The notes: a model not told the origin generated them from the sequence alone. A stretch of 64,000 nt of DNA from Candidatus Kuenenia stuttgartensis (GCA_020723505.1 DYIT01000001.1:8530-72529), one strand, 5' to 3'; shown: positions 9,169 to 19,136, numbered from the stretch's first letter. Program-made: numbers and translations.

Positions 9169-9723
9169 ATGGAGGATCAGTTCGTATTCAACAAGATATT
9201 TCTCACCAAGGGTTGGGGGGTCCACAAGGAGAAGCTGTCGAGCTTCGAGATGGCCCTCAGGAAGGCTGAAATCGCGCGGTTCAATCTCGTCAAGGTGTCG
9301 TCAATCATTCCTCCAGGCTGCAAAATCATCTCCAAGGCCAAGGGCCTTTCGCAGCTGAAGTCGGGCCAGATTCTCTACCTGGTCCTCGCGCGCGCCGAGA
9401 CAAACGAGCCCAACAGGATGGTATCGGCGTCCATCGGCATGGCCATTCCGCGCGATCCCACGAAGTACGGATACATCTCCGAACACCACAGCTTCGGGCA
9501 GACGGCGAAGGAAGTGGGCGACTACTCCGAGGACCTCGCGGCCACGATGCTCGCCTCGACTCTCGGAATCCAGTTCGACCTGGACAAGGGATGGGACTGG
9601 AGGCGCGAGCAGTTCAAGATGGGCGGCAACATCGTCAAGACGCAGAACCTGACGCAGGTCGCCCGTGGGGACATGAAGCACAACTGGACGACGGTGATAT
9701 CGGCCGCCGTGTTCGTGCCGTAA
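9169..9723 (+). CDS. pdaD: Pyruvoyl-dependent arginine decarboxylase
   Basis: MEDQFVFNKIFLTKGWG...FNLVKVSSIIPPGC contains the Ser-Ser self-cleavage site context. Size (184 aa) and the ending VISAAVFVP are typical of PdaD. Confidence 0.85.
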   Translation: MEDQFVFNKIFLTKGWGVHKEKLSSFEMALRKAEIARFNLVKVSSIIPPGCKIISKAKGLSQLKSGQILYLVLARAETNEPNRMVSASIGMAIPRDPTKYGYISEHHSFGQTAKEVGDYSEDLAATMLASTLGIQFDLDKGWDWRREQFKMGGNIVKTQNLTQVARGDMKHNWTTVISAAVFVP

Positions 9724-10592
9724 TGAGGAGCGGGAGATTCATCTACGAGACCGCCGCGGAGATGCCCCGGCCGCCGCGCGTGCGCGTCATCCCCGTTCCC
9801 ATGGAAGAGACGGTGTCGTATCGCCCGGGCGCGGCCAGGGCTCCGGCCGCGATTCTCAACGCCTCGATGCAGGTGGAATACTACGACGCCTTTCTGGGGA
9901 CAGAGCCCTGCCTCGAATTCGGAATCGAGACCTCCGCCCCGGTCCTCGGGCGCGGGCCTTCGGACTGGGTCCGCAAGACCGCGGCCGAGTGCAGGAAGGC
10001 CCTGCTTGCCGGCAGGATTCCGGCGTTCATCGGCGGCGAGCACACTCTCACGGCCGGAGCGGTGCATGCGGCCATGGACGTCCATCCGGACCTTATCATC
10101 GTGCAGATTGACGCCCACGCCGATTTGAGGGACTCGTACAGGGGCAACCCGCTGTCCCACGCGTGCGCGATGCGCCGCTGCAGGGACGAGGGCGCTGAAA
10201 TCGTCTCGTTCGGCGTCAGGGCCTACTGCGCCGAGGAGGCGGAATACGTCAAAGGGGACAGGGGAATAACCGCCGTCCCAGTGGAAGCCCTTTCGCGCGA
10301 CGGGTCATGGAAGAAGCTCTTGGCGTCACGGCTCAAGGGGAGGCCCGCATATCTGACCGTGGACCTGGACGGGCTGGATCCTTCCGTCGTTCCGGCCGTG
10401 GGCACGCCCGTTCCGGGCGGGCTGTCGTGGCGGGAAGCGAAGTCGGTAATCGACACGGTCTTCGCCTCGTGCAGGCAGGTTGCCGGGCTTGACATGGTTG
10501 AACTCGCTCCCGGGAAGGACGACCAGACGTCCGAATTCGCGGCGGCGCAGCTCCTCTACTACGCCATCTCGAGGGCTGCCGGCCGCAGGTGA
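9723..10592 (+). CDS. speB: Agmatinase (ureohydrolase family)
   Basis: ATG 9723 overlaps the pdaD TAA by 1 nt. Ureohydrolase metal-binding motifs are present: GGEHTLT, VQIDAHADLRD, LTVDLDGLDPS. Confidence 0.85.
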   Translation: MRSGRFIYETAAEMPRPPRVRVIPVPMEETVSYRPGAARAPAAILNASMQVEYYDAFLGTEPCLEFGIETSAPVLGRGPSDWVRKTAAECRKALLAGRIPAFIGGEHTLTAGAVHAAMDVHPDLIIVQIDAHADLRDSYRGNPLSHACAMRRCRDEGAEIVSFGVRAYCAEEAEYVKGDRGITAVPVEALSRDGSWKKLLASRLKGRPAYLTVDLDGLDPSVVPAVGTPVPGGLSWREAKSVIDTVFASCRQVAGLDMVELAPGKDDQTSEFAAAQLLYYAISRAAGRR

Positions 10593-10672
10593 GGGGGAGA
10601 GCGGGGAATACATATGCGGTATCGGCGAAGTGCCGGAAGGCCTCACGGCACATTCGCCTCCCGCAGGATTGG

Positions 10673-12706
10673 TTACTGCAGCCTTCCGCGGATCTCGTCG
10701 ACGAGGTCCTTTTCGACCGGGCAGCCCTTCTCGCCGGCAATGCGCACGTGAATCCATGCCATGTTGGCGTCCCCGGCCTTGAAATAGGCCCTGGCGATTG
10801 CGTTGTGCACCGGTCCCGAATCGGGATTTTCCGCCGCCCCGGTCTTCAGCATCCCGAGCGCCTGCTCCGTCTTCCCCGCTTCCATGAGGGCCATGGAGTA
10901 GTCGAACAGCGTCTCGTCCGAGGGGAATCGTTTGTACAGGTCCTCGAGCACGGCCTCGGCCTCGTCGACGGTCCCCGCGGAAATGAGCATGAAGGCGTAG
11001 TCGCGCCGTATTTTCAGGACGTCCGGGCTCGAGTCCGAGGCCAGCTTCATGTGCTCGAGGGCCTGCTTCCGGTCCCCGGCGGCGGAGAGGGCCAGGGCGA
11101 GCCTGTATCTCAGAGCCGGGTCCTCAGGCCTGAGACCTACCGCCCGCCCGACGAATTCGACGGCAGCGGCGGGGTTCCCGGAATCCAGCAGGAGCGAACC
11201 CCGGTCCGCCAGGAGGAACGGATCATCGCGCGAAGCCGCAAGCCCCCTTTCGAGGACGAGGAGCGCGTCCTGAATCCTCCCCAGCGACTTGAGCAGCGAG
11301 GCGAGCTTCCTCGCCATCTCGGCGTTCTCCGGCATAATCTCCAGGATGGCGCCGAGCGCCTCAAGCGCGGCCTCGTTCTTCCCGGCCATGACCAGCACGT
11401 CGGCGAGCCTCATCCGAAGCTGCATGAGGCCCGGCTTGAGCGCGATGGTCTTGCTGATTACCTCCTCGGCCAGGTTGAACTCGCCCCTGTCCACGTGGAC
11501 TTCCGCAAGCAGCCTCCTCGCGTCCACGTGCTCCGGGTTGCCGGAAATGACCTCGACGAGGAGCTTCCTGGCTTCCTCGGTCTGCCCGAGCCTGTGGTGC
11601 GCCCTCGCGAGGTTGAAGAGTATCTCCTCGGACCGGAACCCGTGGCCCATCGCCGTGGACAGGATTCCCTCCGCCGCCTTTGGCCTGTCAAGGTCCACGT
11701 AGAGCTTGCCGAGCCTCACGTAGGGCAGCTCCATACCCGGTTCCGCGTCAATGCACGTGAGATAGATGCCGACCGCGGCGTGCAGGTCCCCCACGCCTTC
11801 GAGCGCCTTGGCCAGGTTGAATCTCGCGGGCATGAAGTCCGGCTTGCTGGAGAGGACCTCCACGAAGGCCGTCTTCGCCTCGTCGAACCGCTCGAGTTCA
11901 AGGAGGGCCGTCCCGGCGTTGTTCTCGGCGTCAAGGAACCCGGGTGACGACTTGAGGGCTCTCCGGAAGAACTCGAGCGCCTTGCCCGGTCTTCCCGTCT
12001 TCATGAAGACCATGCCTATGGCGTTCCTGGCCTCGGCGTTCTCAGGCGAGAGCTCGAGAGAGGTGAAGAGGCTCGACTCCGCGGCGCCGAGGTCGCCCCT
12101 GTAGTACTCCTCGAGGCCCTTGTTGTACGCGGCCTCGAACATGTCGGGTTTTATCCTGAACGCCTCGGCGAAGCTCTTGAGCGCCCCTTCGGAATCCCCC
12201 ATGGCCCTCATGGCCACGCCGAGGTTGACCCTGCTCACGGCGCTCTGGGGGCTCAAGTCCAGGGCCTTCTCGAAGCTCGCCGAGGCGCCGAACGCGTCGC
12301 CGGCCGCGAGCATGGCGAGCCCCTCGTCGTTGTACTTCTTGACGCCGGCGAGGCTGTACTGGAACGAGAGCTGCTGGTAGTATCGCGCCTCCTCGTTGCG
12401 GCCGAGGGCGCGCAGGCTGACGGCAGTGAGGTAGTAGACCTTTCCGTTCTCGGGATTCTGCACGCGGGCGGAATCGAGAACGGCAATCGCCTTCTCGTGA
12501 GCGCTCACCTTCTGGAGCGCCTGCGCATGCAGGAGCATGGCCTCCTGGTTCGATGAATCGAGCTCGAGAGCGCGGAGGGCGAGCTTCCCGGCTTCGTCGA
12601 CCCTTCCCACCGCCACGTACCTCTTCGCGAGTTCGACGTAGGGCTCCGGCGCCGACGGATTCGTCTTTATGAGCTCGGCCAGGTCCTTGAGGGCGAGTTT
12701 TTCCAT
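10673..12706 (-). CDS. Tetratricopeptide (TPR) repeat protein
   Basis: 677-aa ORF made of repeated 34-residue A/L/Y/G-pattern units (for example AEARNAIGMVFMKTGRPGKALEFFRRALKSSP) from end to end. Confidence 0.8.
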   Translation of the reverse strand: MEKLALKDLAELIKTNPSAPEPYVELAKRYVAVGRVDEAGKLALRALELDSSNQEAMLLHAQALQKVSAHEKAIAVLDSARVQNPENGKVYYLTAVSLRALGRNEEARYYQQLSFQYSLAGVKKYNDEGLAMLAAGDAFGASASFEKALDLSPQSAVSRVNLGVAMRAMGDSEGALKSFAEAFRIKPDMFEAAYNKGLEEYYRGDLGAAESSLFTSLELSPENAEARNAIGMVFMKTGRPGKALEFFRRALKSSPGFLDAENNAGTALLELERFDEAKTAFVEVLSSKPDFMPARFNLAKALEGVGDLHAAVGIYLTCIDAEPGMELPYVRLGKLYVDLDRPKAAEGILSTAMGHGFRSEEILFNLARAHHRLGQTEEARKLLVEVISGNPEHVDARRLLAEVHVDRGEFNLAEEVISKTIALKPGLMQLRMRLADVLVMAGKNEAALEALGAILEIMPENAEMARKLASLLKSLGRIQDALLVLERGLAASRDDPFLLADRGSLLLDSGNPAAAVEFVGRAVGLRPEDPALRYRLALALSAAGDRKQALEHMKLASDSSPDVLKIRRDYAFMLISAGTVDEAEAVLEDLYKRFPSDETLFDYSMALMEAGKTEQALGMLKTGAAENPDSGPVHNAIARAYFKAGDANMAWIHVRIAGEKGCPVEKDLVDEIRGRLQ

Positions 12707-12824
12707 AGCAGCCGGCGGAATCGCACGTTCCCTTTCCCGGAAAGGGCGTCAAGCGCACTTCGTCCCGGAAGAACCTCGATGCCCCGCGTTCTTCCGGCAT
12801 GACTGACATCGCTGCGTCGGGGCT

Positions 12825-14186
12825 TCAGGCCCTGGATGCAGCACGAGATTTTACCAATCCGGATAGCGCGTTCAATCCGAATCCGCGGTTGCCGAGAAAC
12901 CGGTAGAAGCCGTGGACGGACTTCCTGGACCTCAAGTAGAAGGCCGCGTACGCCTTGACGAGCATGAGCTGAATCTCCCTCTTCCCGATGTGGTCCAGCC
13001 TGAACACGGAATGGACGGAGTCGTAATGGCTCCAGTCGCGGTCGAATATCCGGTCCCGGACATCGTCGTAGAGCGGCGTTCCCGGATAAGGGGTCAGGAT
13101 TGTGAACTGCGCCGTGTCGGTATCGAGGTCGCAGGCGAACCTGATTGTGGCCCTGAGATCGGAAGGAGTCTCCCCGGGAGCCCCGAGGATGTAGCTCGCC
13201 AGCACCTCGTATCCCCTTTCCCCGAGGATTTCCCGGGCCTCGCGGGCGGTTTGCGGCCCGATGCCCTTGTTGTAGTTCTCTAGGGTCCGTTCGGCGGCGC
13301 TTTCCACGCCCATGAACACCGATTTCGCGCCGGCCTTCGCCAGAAGAGCGAAGGTGTCGGGGTGCCGCACGACCGTGTCCGCGCGGGTGAAGAACCACCA
13401 GTGGATGTCGAGCCCCCTCCTGAGCACCCCTTCGGCGATGTCCTCTATCCGCCTGGGATTCAGGGTGAAGTTGTCGTCCATGAAGGCGATTGCGCGGGCG
13501 CCGTACCTGTCGTGGAGGAACGTGATCTCCTCGAGCACGGACTCAGCGCTCCTCGATCGCCAGCGGGCGCCGTCGAAGGACGTGGACGAGCAGAACCTGC
13601 ACGCGCCCGGGCATCCCCTGCTCGTGTGGACCGGCATGACCGTGCGGTTCCCCATCCTGGCTGACGCGTACCTCCCGAGGTCGATGAGGTGCCTCGCGGG
13701 AAATGGAATGGAGTCGACGTCCCTCATGTGCACGGCGGGCGGCCCCTGGACGACTTCCCCCTCGCTGAGCCAGTACAGGCCCGGGATTTCCCCGAATCCG
13801 CCTCCCGAGGCCATCGCATCGAGGAGGCGGACGAACGCCGTTTCGCCTTCGCCTTTTATTATGAAGTCCACAGCCCCGGACCCGAGCACCTCCCCTGCGG
13901 CGAAGCAGGGATGCGGGCCGCCCATCACCACCTTGGCTCCGGCCGCCTTCGCCCTCCTGGCGAGCGCGAGGGCCAGGCCGGACCTCGATGTGTCCGAGTG
14001 TATCCCAACGACGTCGAACCCCGTCGGCGAGAACTCCCGTTCGTCCGCGGCAAGGTCGATTACCGTCACGTCGTGGCCGGCCTTTTCGGCCGCAGCCGCG
14101 ACGTACAGAATCCCGAGCGGCGGCATGGTGAAGCTCAGCAGGCCGAAAACCCCGCTCGAGGTCGGATTGAGGAGCAGGACCTTCAT
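12825..14186 (-). CDS. B12-binding-domain radical SAM protein
   Basis: Starts MKVLLLNP with an N-terminal Rossmann-like cobalamin-binding-type domain (GILYVAAAAEKAGHDVTVIDL). The radical SAM cluster motif is TSRGCPGACRFCSS (CxxxCxxC). Its ATG overlaps the upstream gene stop (ATGA at 14183-14186). Confidence 0.8.
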   Translation of the reverse strand: MKVLLLNPTSSGVFGLLSFTMPPLGILYVAAAAEKAGHDVTVIDLAADEREFSPTGFDVVGIHSDTSRSGLALALARRAKAAGAKVVMGGPHPCFAAGEVLGSGAVDFIIKGEGETAFVRLLDAMASGGGFGEIPGLYWLSEGEVVQGPPAVHMRDVDSIPFPARHLIDLGRYASARMGNRTVMPVHTSRGCPGACRFCSSTSFDGARWRSRSAESVLEEITFLHDRYGARAIAFMDDNFTLNPRRIEDIAEGVLRRGLDIHWWFFTRADTVVRHPDTFALLAKAGAKSVFMGVESAAERTLENYNKGIGPQTAREAREILGERGYEVLASYILGAPGETPSDLRATIRFACDLDTDTAQFTILTPYPGTPLYDDVRDRIFDRDWSHYDSVHSVFRLDHIGKREIQLMLVKAYAAFYLRSRKSVHGFYRFLGNRGFGLNALSGLVKSRAASRA

Positions 14187-15016
14187 TTGGGTGTCTTTCC
14201 CTCCACGTCGAACGCCTCGGCGGAGATCTTCCCGTTCATCTTCTGCTTTGCCGTGTCGAAGACGAACTCCTGGTACTCGTCCCTCGGGTCGATGATTTTC
14301 ACGTTCATGGGCATCGAGTCCTTCGCGGAGAGCTTGACGTGCATCTCCTTTACCCATTTTTCCAGGTCCTTCTTCTTCGGAGCCAGCACCAGAAGCGCTG
14401 AGAACGATTTCTTCTCCTCTTCCTCGAGCGTTCCAAGGCGGAACGTCCAGCATTTCCTCAGGTCTTCCATCGGCCTTCCGAGAATCCACATCTCCGAAGG
14501 CCTGACTCCGCCTTTTTTAGGGTCGAAGACCTCGACCTTGTCAGTCTCGAGATCCCTGAAGACGACCGCGTCGTCGGTGAAAAGCAGCTTCATCCTGTGG
14601 GGGACGGTCTCCTCGAACAGAATCCTTATGCCTGCTGGGGCGGGCCTCTTCTCGAGCAGCATGACGCCCTCGGATTTCCGGATCTTCTTGGAAATCCGCA
14701 CTTTCCTGTTCTGGACGTAGGGCACGACGAGCGTCGTGAGCCTGGCATTGAGCTTGTCGAGCGCGGCCAGGGCGGCGGCGAGCTCGGGAGGGTCCGGAGG
14801 TGGGTCCGCGGGTTTTTCCGGCTGCGGTTCCCCCTTCTCCCCGTCGCCTTTCTCCTTCCCGCCGTCCTTTCCGGGTTCGGGTTCCCTGCCTCCGCCCTCC
14901 TTTGAATCCGGAGGCTTTTCCCCGGCCTCGGCCGCGCCGGGTCCCGCGCCGGACGCGAGGGCTGCGGCGATGGCCAGCGCCGCCAGAATGGACCTGAACA
15001 TGCTGCTATCCGTCAT
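14183..15016 (-). CDS. Secreted LolA-like / lipoprotein-carrier-fold protein (putative)
   Basis: Signal peptide MTDSSMFRSILAALAIAAALASGAG, a Gly/Glu/Pro/Lys-rich linker, then a beta-rich domain resembling LolA-like sorting proteins. GGAGG lies 6 nt upstream of ATG 15016. The fold assignment is by eye only. Confidence 0.5.
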   Translation of the reverse strand: MTDSSMFRSILAALAIAAALASGAGPGAAEAGEKPPDSKEGGGREPEPGKDGGKEKGDGEKGEPQPEKPADPPPDPPELAAALAALDKLNARLTTLVVPYVQNRKVRISKKIRKSEGVMLLEKRPAPAGIRILFEETVPHRMKLLFTDDAVVFRDLETDKVEVFDPKKGGVRPSEMWILGRPMEDLRKCWTFRLGTLEEEEKKSFSALLVLAPKKKDLEKWVKEMHVKLSAKDSMPMNVKIIDPRDEYQEFVFDTAKQKMNGKISAEAFDVEGKTPK

Positions 15017-16010
15017 GCGCCGCCTCCAGTCCCGCCGGGTCGCGGTCGTCCTCCCAGTCGGGGAAGAAGTTGTACCACTGGTTGAAATGCCTGCCAACCA
15101 TGCGCTCGAAAGCCTTCGCCATCTCGGCGGTAATCGCTTCGATTGCCCGGTCGCGCGGAAGGCGCCCGAAGGGACCCGGGTAAATCGGAGGCTCGTTGCC
15201 GGCGAAGTACTTGCCGCCTGCGCCCCGGACCACGTAGACCGGGAGTATGGGCGCGCCGGTCACGAAGGACAGCACCGCCGCGCCTGACGACATCCGCATG
15301 CTCCCTCCGAGGAATGGGACCTTGAGGCTCCTCGAGGAGCTGTCCCTGTCGGTGAGCATGGCTACGAACTCGTTCCTCCTCAGCGCGTTGACAAGCGGGA
15401 TGGACGAGAGGGGCGAACCTGATTCGTTCATCGGTATCGTCTTCATCCCAAGGCGCTCCCTTATGCCGTCGCGAAGGGCCTTTGTCCAGGGGTCGGCGGC
15501 CATGAGCCCGGTCACGTTGACCGGGTAGCCGTCGGCCGCGAGGAGCGCTCCGCCCAGCTCCCAGTGGCCCAGATGCGGCGTGACCAGGATGCATCCGTTG
15601 CCGGCCTCGAGCATGCCGTCGAAGACGCCCCTGCCGCCGAGGTGCTCGACGACGGTCCTCACGGCTTCGCCGTCCATGAAGGACATCTCCATGAAGTCCA
15701 CGACGCAGCAGGCGTAGTTCTGAAAGGTGCTGAGGATTTCGCGTCTCAAGCCCCGCGCGGGCGCCCTGCCCCTCAGGGCCATCCTGATGTTGTATCCGAC
15801 GACCCTCCTCGTCTTCCTCATGGCATACGCGAGAACGCTTCCCAGGCCCGCGGCAAGGATGCGGTTGAGCCTTCGGGGCATGAACCGCACGAACACCAGG
15901 ATGGGGTACAGGTGCTTCGCGTTGTGCGTCGTGTTCCTGTCCCATCTCCAAGTGCGGACGGGCCTCCAGTCGGGATTTGCCGCCTGCTCATCTGCCGCCT
16001 TGCGGTTCAT
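15006..16010 (-). CDS. Lysophospholipid/lipid A (LpxL/HtrB-family) acyltransferase
   Basis: An N-terminal TM segment and the HLGHWE (HX4E) acyltransferase motif. LTDRD and PFLGG...SGAAVLSFVTGAPILPVYV are typical of lauroyl/myristoyl acyltransferases. Confidence 0.75.
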   Translation of the reverse strand: MNRKAADEQAANPDWRPVRTWRWDRNTTHNAKHLYPILVFVRFMPRRLNRILAAGLGSVLAYAMRKTRRVVGYNIRMALRGRAPARGLRREILSTFQNYACCVVDFMEMSFMDGEAVRTVVEHLGGRGVFDGMLEAGNGCILVTPHLGHWELGGALLAADGYPVNVTGLMAADPWTKALRDGIRERLGMKTIPMNESGSPLSSIPLVNALRRNEFVAMLTDRDSSSRSLKVPFLGGSMRMSSGAAVLSFVTGAPILPVYVVRGAGGKYFAGNEPPIYPGPFGRLPRDRAIEAITAEMAKAFERMVGRHFNQWYNFFPDWEDDRDPAGLEAAHDG

Positions 16011-16220
16011 CGAAGCTCGTTTCCCGAAAAACGCCGCGCGGAACCGGTCCTTGAGCGCAATCGAAGGAGCGCCCGCGAAGCCAGTTAATTATAGCAGCGT
16101 GGCGGAACGGCCGCGAGCGGGCCGGCTTCATGTGGAATTATGGTTCTCCGCGGGTAGAATCAGGAGCCCGGAGAGCGCGAATCCCCGCTCTTCCGGGCTT
16201 GACGGATTCCGAGCACAATC

Positions 16221-17702
16221 ATGGCAGCGACTGGACCTTTGAAGTTCGGATTGCGCGCGAAGCTGATTGTCATAACAGCGCTGATGCTCATCTATGCGGG
16301 CCTCGGCTTCATGTTCGAGGTCTGCTTCGGCGAGGAAATCCTCTACACGCATTTCGGCTACCTGCCGATTGTCCTTGCCGGGTTCTGGTGGGGAATGCGC
16401 GGGTGGGTCGTGGTGGCGCCTCTAGCGGCCCTCGTGCTGACGTTCCACGCAACCGGCATAGACGGAGGGGGCATCCTGCCGGATCTCGGCAGGATAGCGT
16501 CGTACATAATCGTGTCCTCGGCCGTGGGATTGATTTCGGACAGGCTCGCCTCCGGTCGCAGGGCGCTGGAGGCATCGGAGGAGAAATACCGCCAGGTCAC
16601 CGAGAAGTCGTTGAGCGGCATCTTCGTGTACAGGGGCGAGACGATAGTCTTCGCCAATATCAGGCTCTTGAAGATGCTGGACTACGGCCCGGAGGAGATG
16701 ATAGGCAGGTCGATTTGGGGGATAATCTGCCCCGAGGACCACCCGAAGGTCAGGGAACTGATAGAGAGGCGCATAAGGGAGGGGTTCTCCGACCTCCATT
16801 ACGAGGCGAGGTACGTGAAGAAGGACGGGAGCGTCATCTGGGTCGAGACCAGGAGCTCGATTACGGGAATCGACGACGGGCCGGAGGTCATAGTGAACAT
16901 CTACGACATAACGGCGAGGAAGGAGGCGGAGGAGAAAGAGCGCAAGCTGTCGGAGCTTGCGAGGACGCAGGAGGAGCAGCTCATCCACTCGACGAGGCTT
17001 GCCGAGCTCGGGGAGATGGCTGCCGGGGTGGCGCACGAGCTCAACCAGCCGCTGACGGGAATCAGGAACTTCGCAAGGAACACGATCTTCATGGTCGAGC
17101 AGGGAGCGGGCAAGCCGTCCGAGGTCGTCGAGAACCTGAACATGATTTCGCGCCAGGTCGACAGGGCGTCGAGGATAATTTCGCAGATGAGGGAGCTTGC
17201 GAGAAAGACCGAGAGGAAGCTCGAGCCCGTGGATCTCTGCGCGGTCGCCGCCCAGACCGCGGATTTCCTTGCGCCTGAGTTCTCGCGCAGGGGCATCGCG
17301 GTGGAGAAGGACCTTCCCCCGGGCCTTCCGAGCATCAACGGGGACCGAATGAGAATCGAGCAGGTCTTCCTGAACATCTTCAACAACGCGATGCACGCCA
17401 TGGAGAAGACCGACAGGAAGAAGCTAATCGTGAAGGCCAGGGCCGCATCAGGCGGCCGGGAAGTCGCCCTGGAGATCAGGGATACCGGAATCGGTTTCGA
17501 TTCCGCGGTCAAGGCCAGGCTCTTCACGCCTTTCTTCACTACAAAGGAGCCCGGCAAGGGCACGGGACTGGGGCTTTCCATCTCCTTGAGTATCATCAAG
17601 GAGCACGGGGGAGCCATCGAGGCGTCGGGCGAGCCCGGGGCAGGGGCGTGTTTCACCGTCATTCTGCCGGCAGCCGGCCAGAAGAAGGAGGAGGCGAGGT
17701 GA
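16221..17702 (+). CDS. Membrane sensor histidine kinase with PAS domain (NtrB-like)
   Basis: N-terminal TM helices and a PAS region (IFVYRGETIVFAN...YEARYVKKDGSVIWVE). HisKA H-box is GVAHELNQPLTGI. HATPase N/G boxes are NNAMHAM, DTGIGF and GTGLGLSIS. Confidence 0.85.
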   Translation: MAATGPLKFGLRAKLIVITALMLIYAGLGFMFEVCFGEEILYTHFGYLPIVLAGFWWGMRGWVVVAPLAALVLTFHATGIDGGGILPDLGRIASYIIVSSAVGLISDRLASGRRALEASEEKYRQVTEKSLSGIFVYRGETIVFANIRLLKMLDYGPEEMIGRSIWGIICPEDHPKVRELIERRIREGFSDLHYEARYVKKDGSVIWVETRSSITGIDDGPEVIVNIYDITARKEAEEKERKLSELARTQEEQLIHSTRLAELGEMAAGVAHELNQPLTGIRNFARNTIFMVEQGAGKPSEVVENLNMISRQVDRASRIISQMRELARKTERKLEPVDLCAVAAQTADFLAPEFSRRGIAVEKDLPPGLPSINGDRMRIEQVFLNIFNNAMHAMEKTDRKKLIVKARAASGGREVALEIRDTGIGFDSAVKARLFTPFFTTKEPGKGTGLGLSISLSIIKEHGGAIEASGEPGAGACFTVILPAAGQKKEEAR

Positions 17703-19105
17703 TGAGGGAAGAAGGCGTTCAGCATGAAGGCGTGGTGGCCGTCATCGACGACGACGAGGCCGCCAGGGTGTCCATCGGCCAGATGCTCAGGCTCAGGCGG
17801 TACAGGGCGGAATCGTTCGCGTCCGCGGAAGCCGCGCTTGCCTGGCCCGGCCTGGCCTCGGCCGACTGCGTGATTACGGACATCAGGATGCCCGGAATGG
17901 ACGGCGAGCGGTTCCTGGCGCAGATGACGTCGAGGCAGCACTCCCCCCCGGTCATCATGATCACCGGGCACGGCGACGTCTCCACGGCCGTGCGCTGCCT
18001 CAAGGCCGGGGCCTACGATTTCGTCGAAAAGCCGTTCGAGGACGACTTCCTTCTCGCCTCGGTCTCGAGGGCCGTGGAGAAGTCATCGCTCAGGAAGATG
18101 AGCGCTGACCTGGAAAAGAGGCTCGGCAGCCTCGCCTCCGCGGAGGACGGGCGCTACGGCATGGTCGGGCGCAGCAGGGTCATGCTCGACCTCTACGAGC
18201 AGATTGAGGCCCTCGCGAAGTCCAACGCCCCGGTCCTCATCTACGGCGAAACCGGCGCCGGCAAGGAGCTCGTCGCCAGGGCGCTGCACGTCCAGAGCCT
18301 CCGCAGCCAGGGGCCCTTCGTGGCCGTGAACGCGGCCGCCCTGCCCGAGACAATGATGGAGAGCGAGCTTTTCGGGCACTCCAAAGGGGCCTTCACGGGC
18401 GCGGACGCCGGGAGGGACGGGAAGATAGTGTCCGCTGACAAGGGAACGCTGCTTCTCGACGAGGTAGAGAGCATATCGATGCGCGCCCAGATGCAGCTTC
18501 TGCGAGTCCTGGAGGACGGCCAGGTGTACGCGCTGGGCAGGGACAAGCCGAGGGAGGTGGACGTCCGGATACTTGCGGCGACCAAGCAGGACCTGAGGGA
18601 AGTCATGAAGCAGGGGATGATGCGCGAGGACTTCTTCCACAGGATTATGGTCCTCTCCATAACAGTCCCTCCTCTTAGGGACCGAACGGACGACATACCG
18701 CTCCTGGTCTCCCACTTCCTGAAACTCATATCCGAGAAGAACGGCGTGCCCGTGCCAGCCGTGCCCGAGAGCGCGATGGAGGACATGCTCCGCCACAACT
18801 GGCCCGGAAACGTCCGGGAGCTGCGGAACGCCGTGGAACGGATGCTGATAACGTCCACGGGAGGCAGGACCGGCTCGTTCAGCATGGACGAGAGCTTCGA
18901 CGGATCGCGGCTCGTATCACTCCCCGCCACGTCCGGCAGGCTCAAGGACGAGATGGAGCAGACGGAAAGCCGCGTCATCGAGGCGGCGCTCAGGGAGAAC
19001 GGGGGCGAGATAAACGCAACCGTGGCTGCGCTGGGCATTTCAAGAAGGGCCCTGTACGACAGGATGAAGAAGTACCAGTTCAGGAAAGAGGACTTCAAGG
19101 GATAA
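17702..19105 (+). CDS. Sigma-54-dependent response regulator (NtrC family)
   Basis: ATG overlaps the kinase TGA by 1 nt. REC domain (VIDDDEA...DIRMPGMDG), AAA+ domain with Walker A GETGAGKE and the GAFTGA motif (KGAFTGA), and a C-terminal Fis-type HTH. Confidence 0.9.
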   Translation: MREEGVQHEGVVAVIDDDEAARVSIGQMLRLRRYRAESFASAEAALAWPGLASADCVITDIRMPGMDGERFLAQMTSRQHSPPVIMITGHGDVSTAVRCLKAGAYDFVEKPFEDDFLLASVSRAVEKSSLRKMSADLEKRLGSLASAEDGRYGMVGRSRVMLDLYEQIEALAKSNAPVLIYGETGAGKELVARALHVQSLRSQGPFVAVNAAALPETMMESELFGHSKGAFTGADAGRDGKIVSADKGTLLLDEVESISMRAQMQLLRVLEDGQVYALGRDKPREVDVRILAATKQDLREVMKQGMMREDFFHRIMVLSITVPPLRDRTDDIPLLVSHFLKLISEKNGVPVPAVPESAMEDMLRHNWPGNVRELRNAVERMLITSTGGRTGSFSMDESFDGSRLVSLPATSGRLKDEMEQTESRVIEAALRENGGEINATVAALGISRRALYDRMKKYQFRKEDFKG

Positions 19106-19110
19106 AAAAA

Positions 19111-19136
19111 CCGGGGCCGGCTTTCGCCGGCCCCGG
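19111..19136 (-). terminator. Rho-independent terminator for the HEAT-repeat gene
   Basis: Perfect 11-bp G+C stem CCGGGGCCGGC / GCCGGCCCCGG with loop TTTC. On the minus strand it is followed by a T7 run (the A7 at 19104-19110 on the plus strand). It sits between convergent genes. Confidence 0.7.

Noticed and set aside
10589-11947. 452-aa plus-strand ORF opposite the TPR gene
   Set aside because: It is antisense to a clear TPR repeat protein and has Arg/Gly/Pro/Glu-biased composition typical of high-G+C shadow frames.
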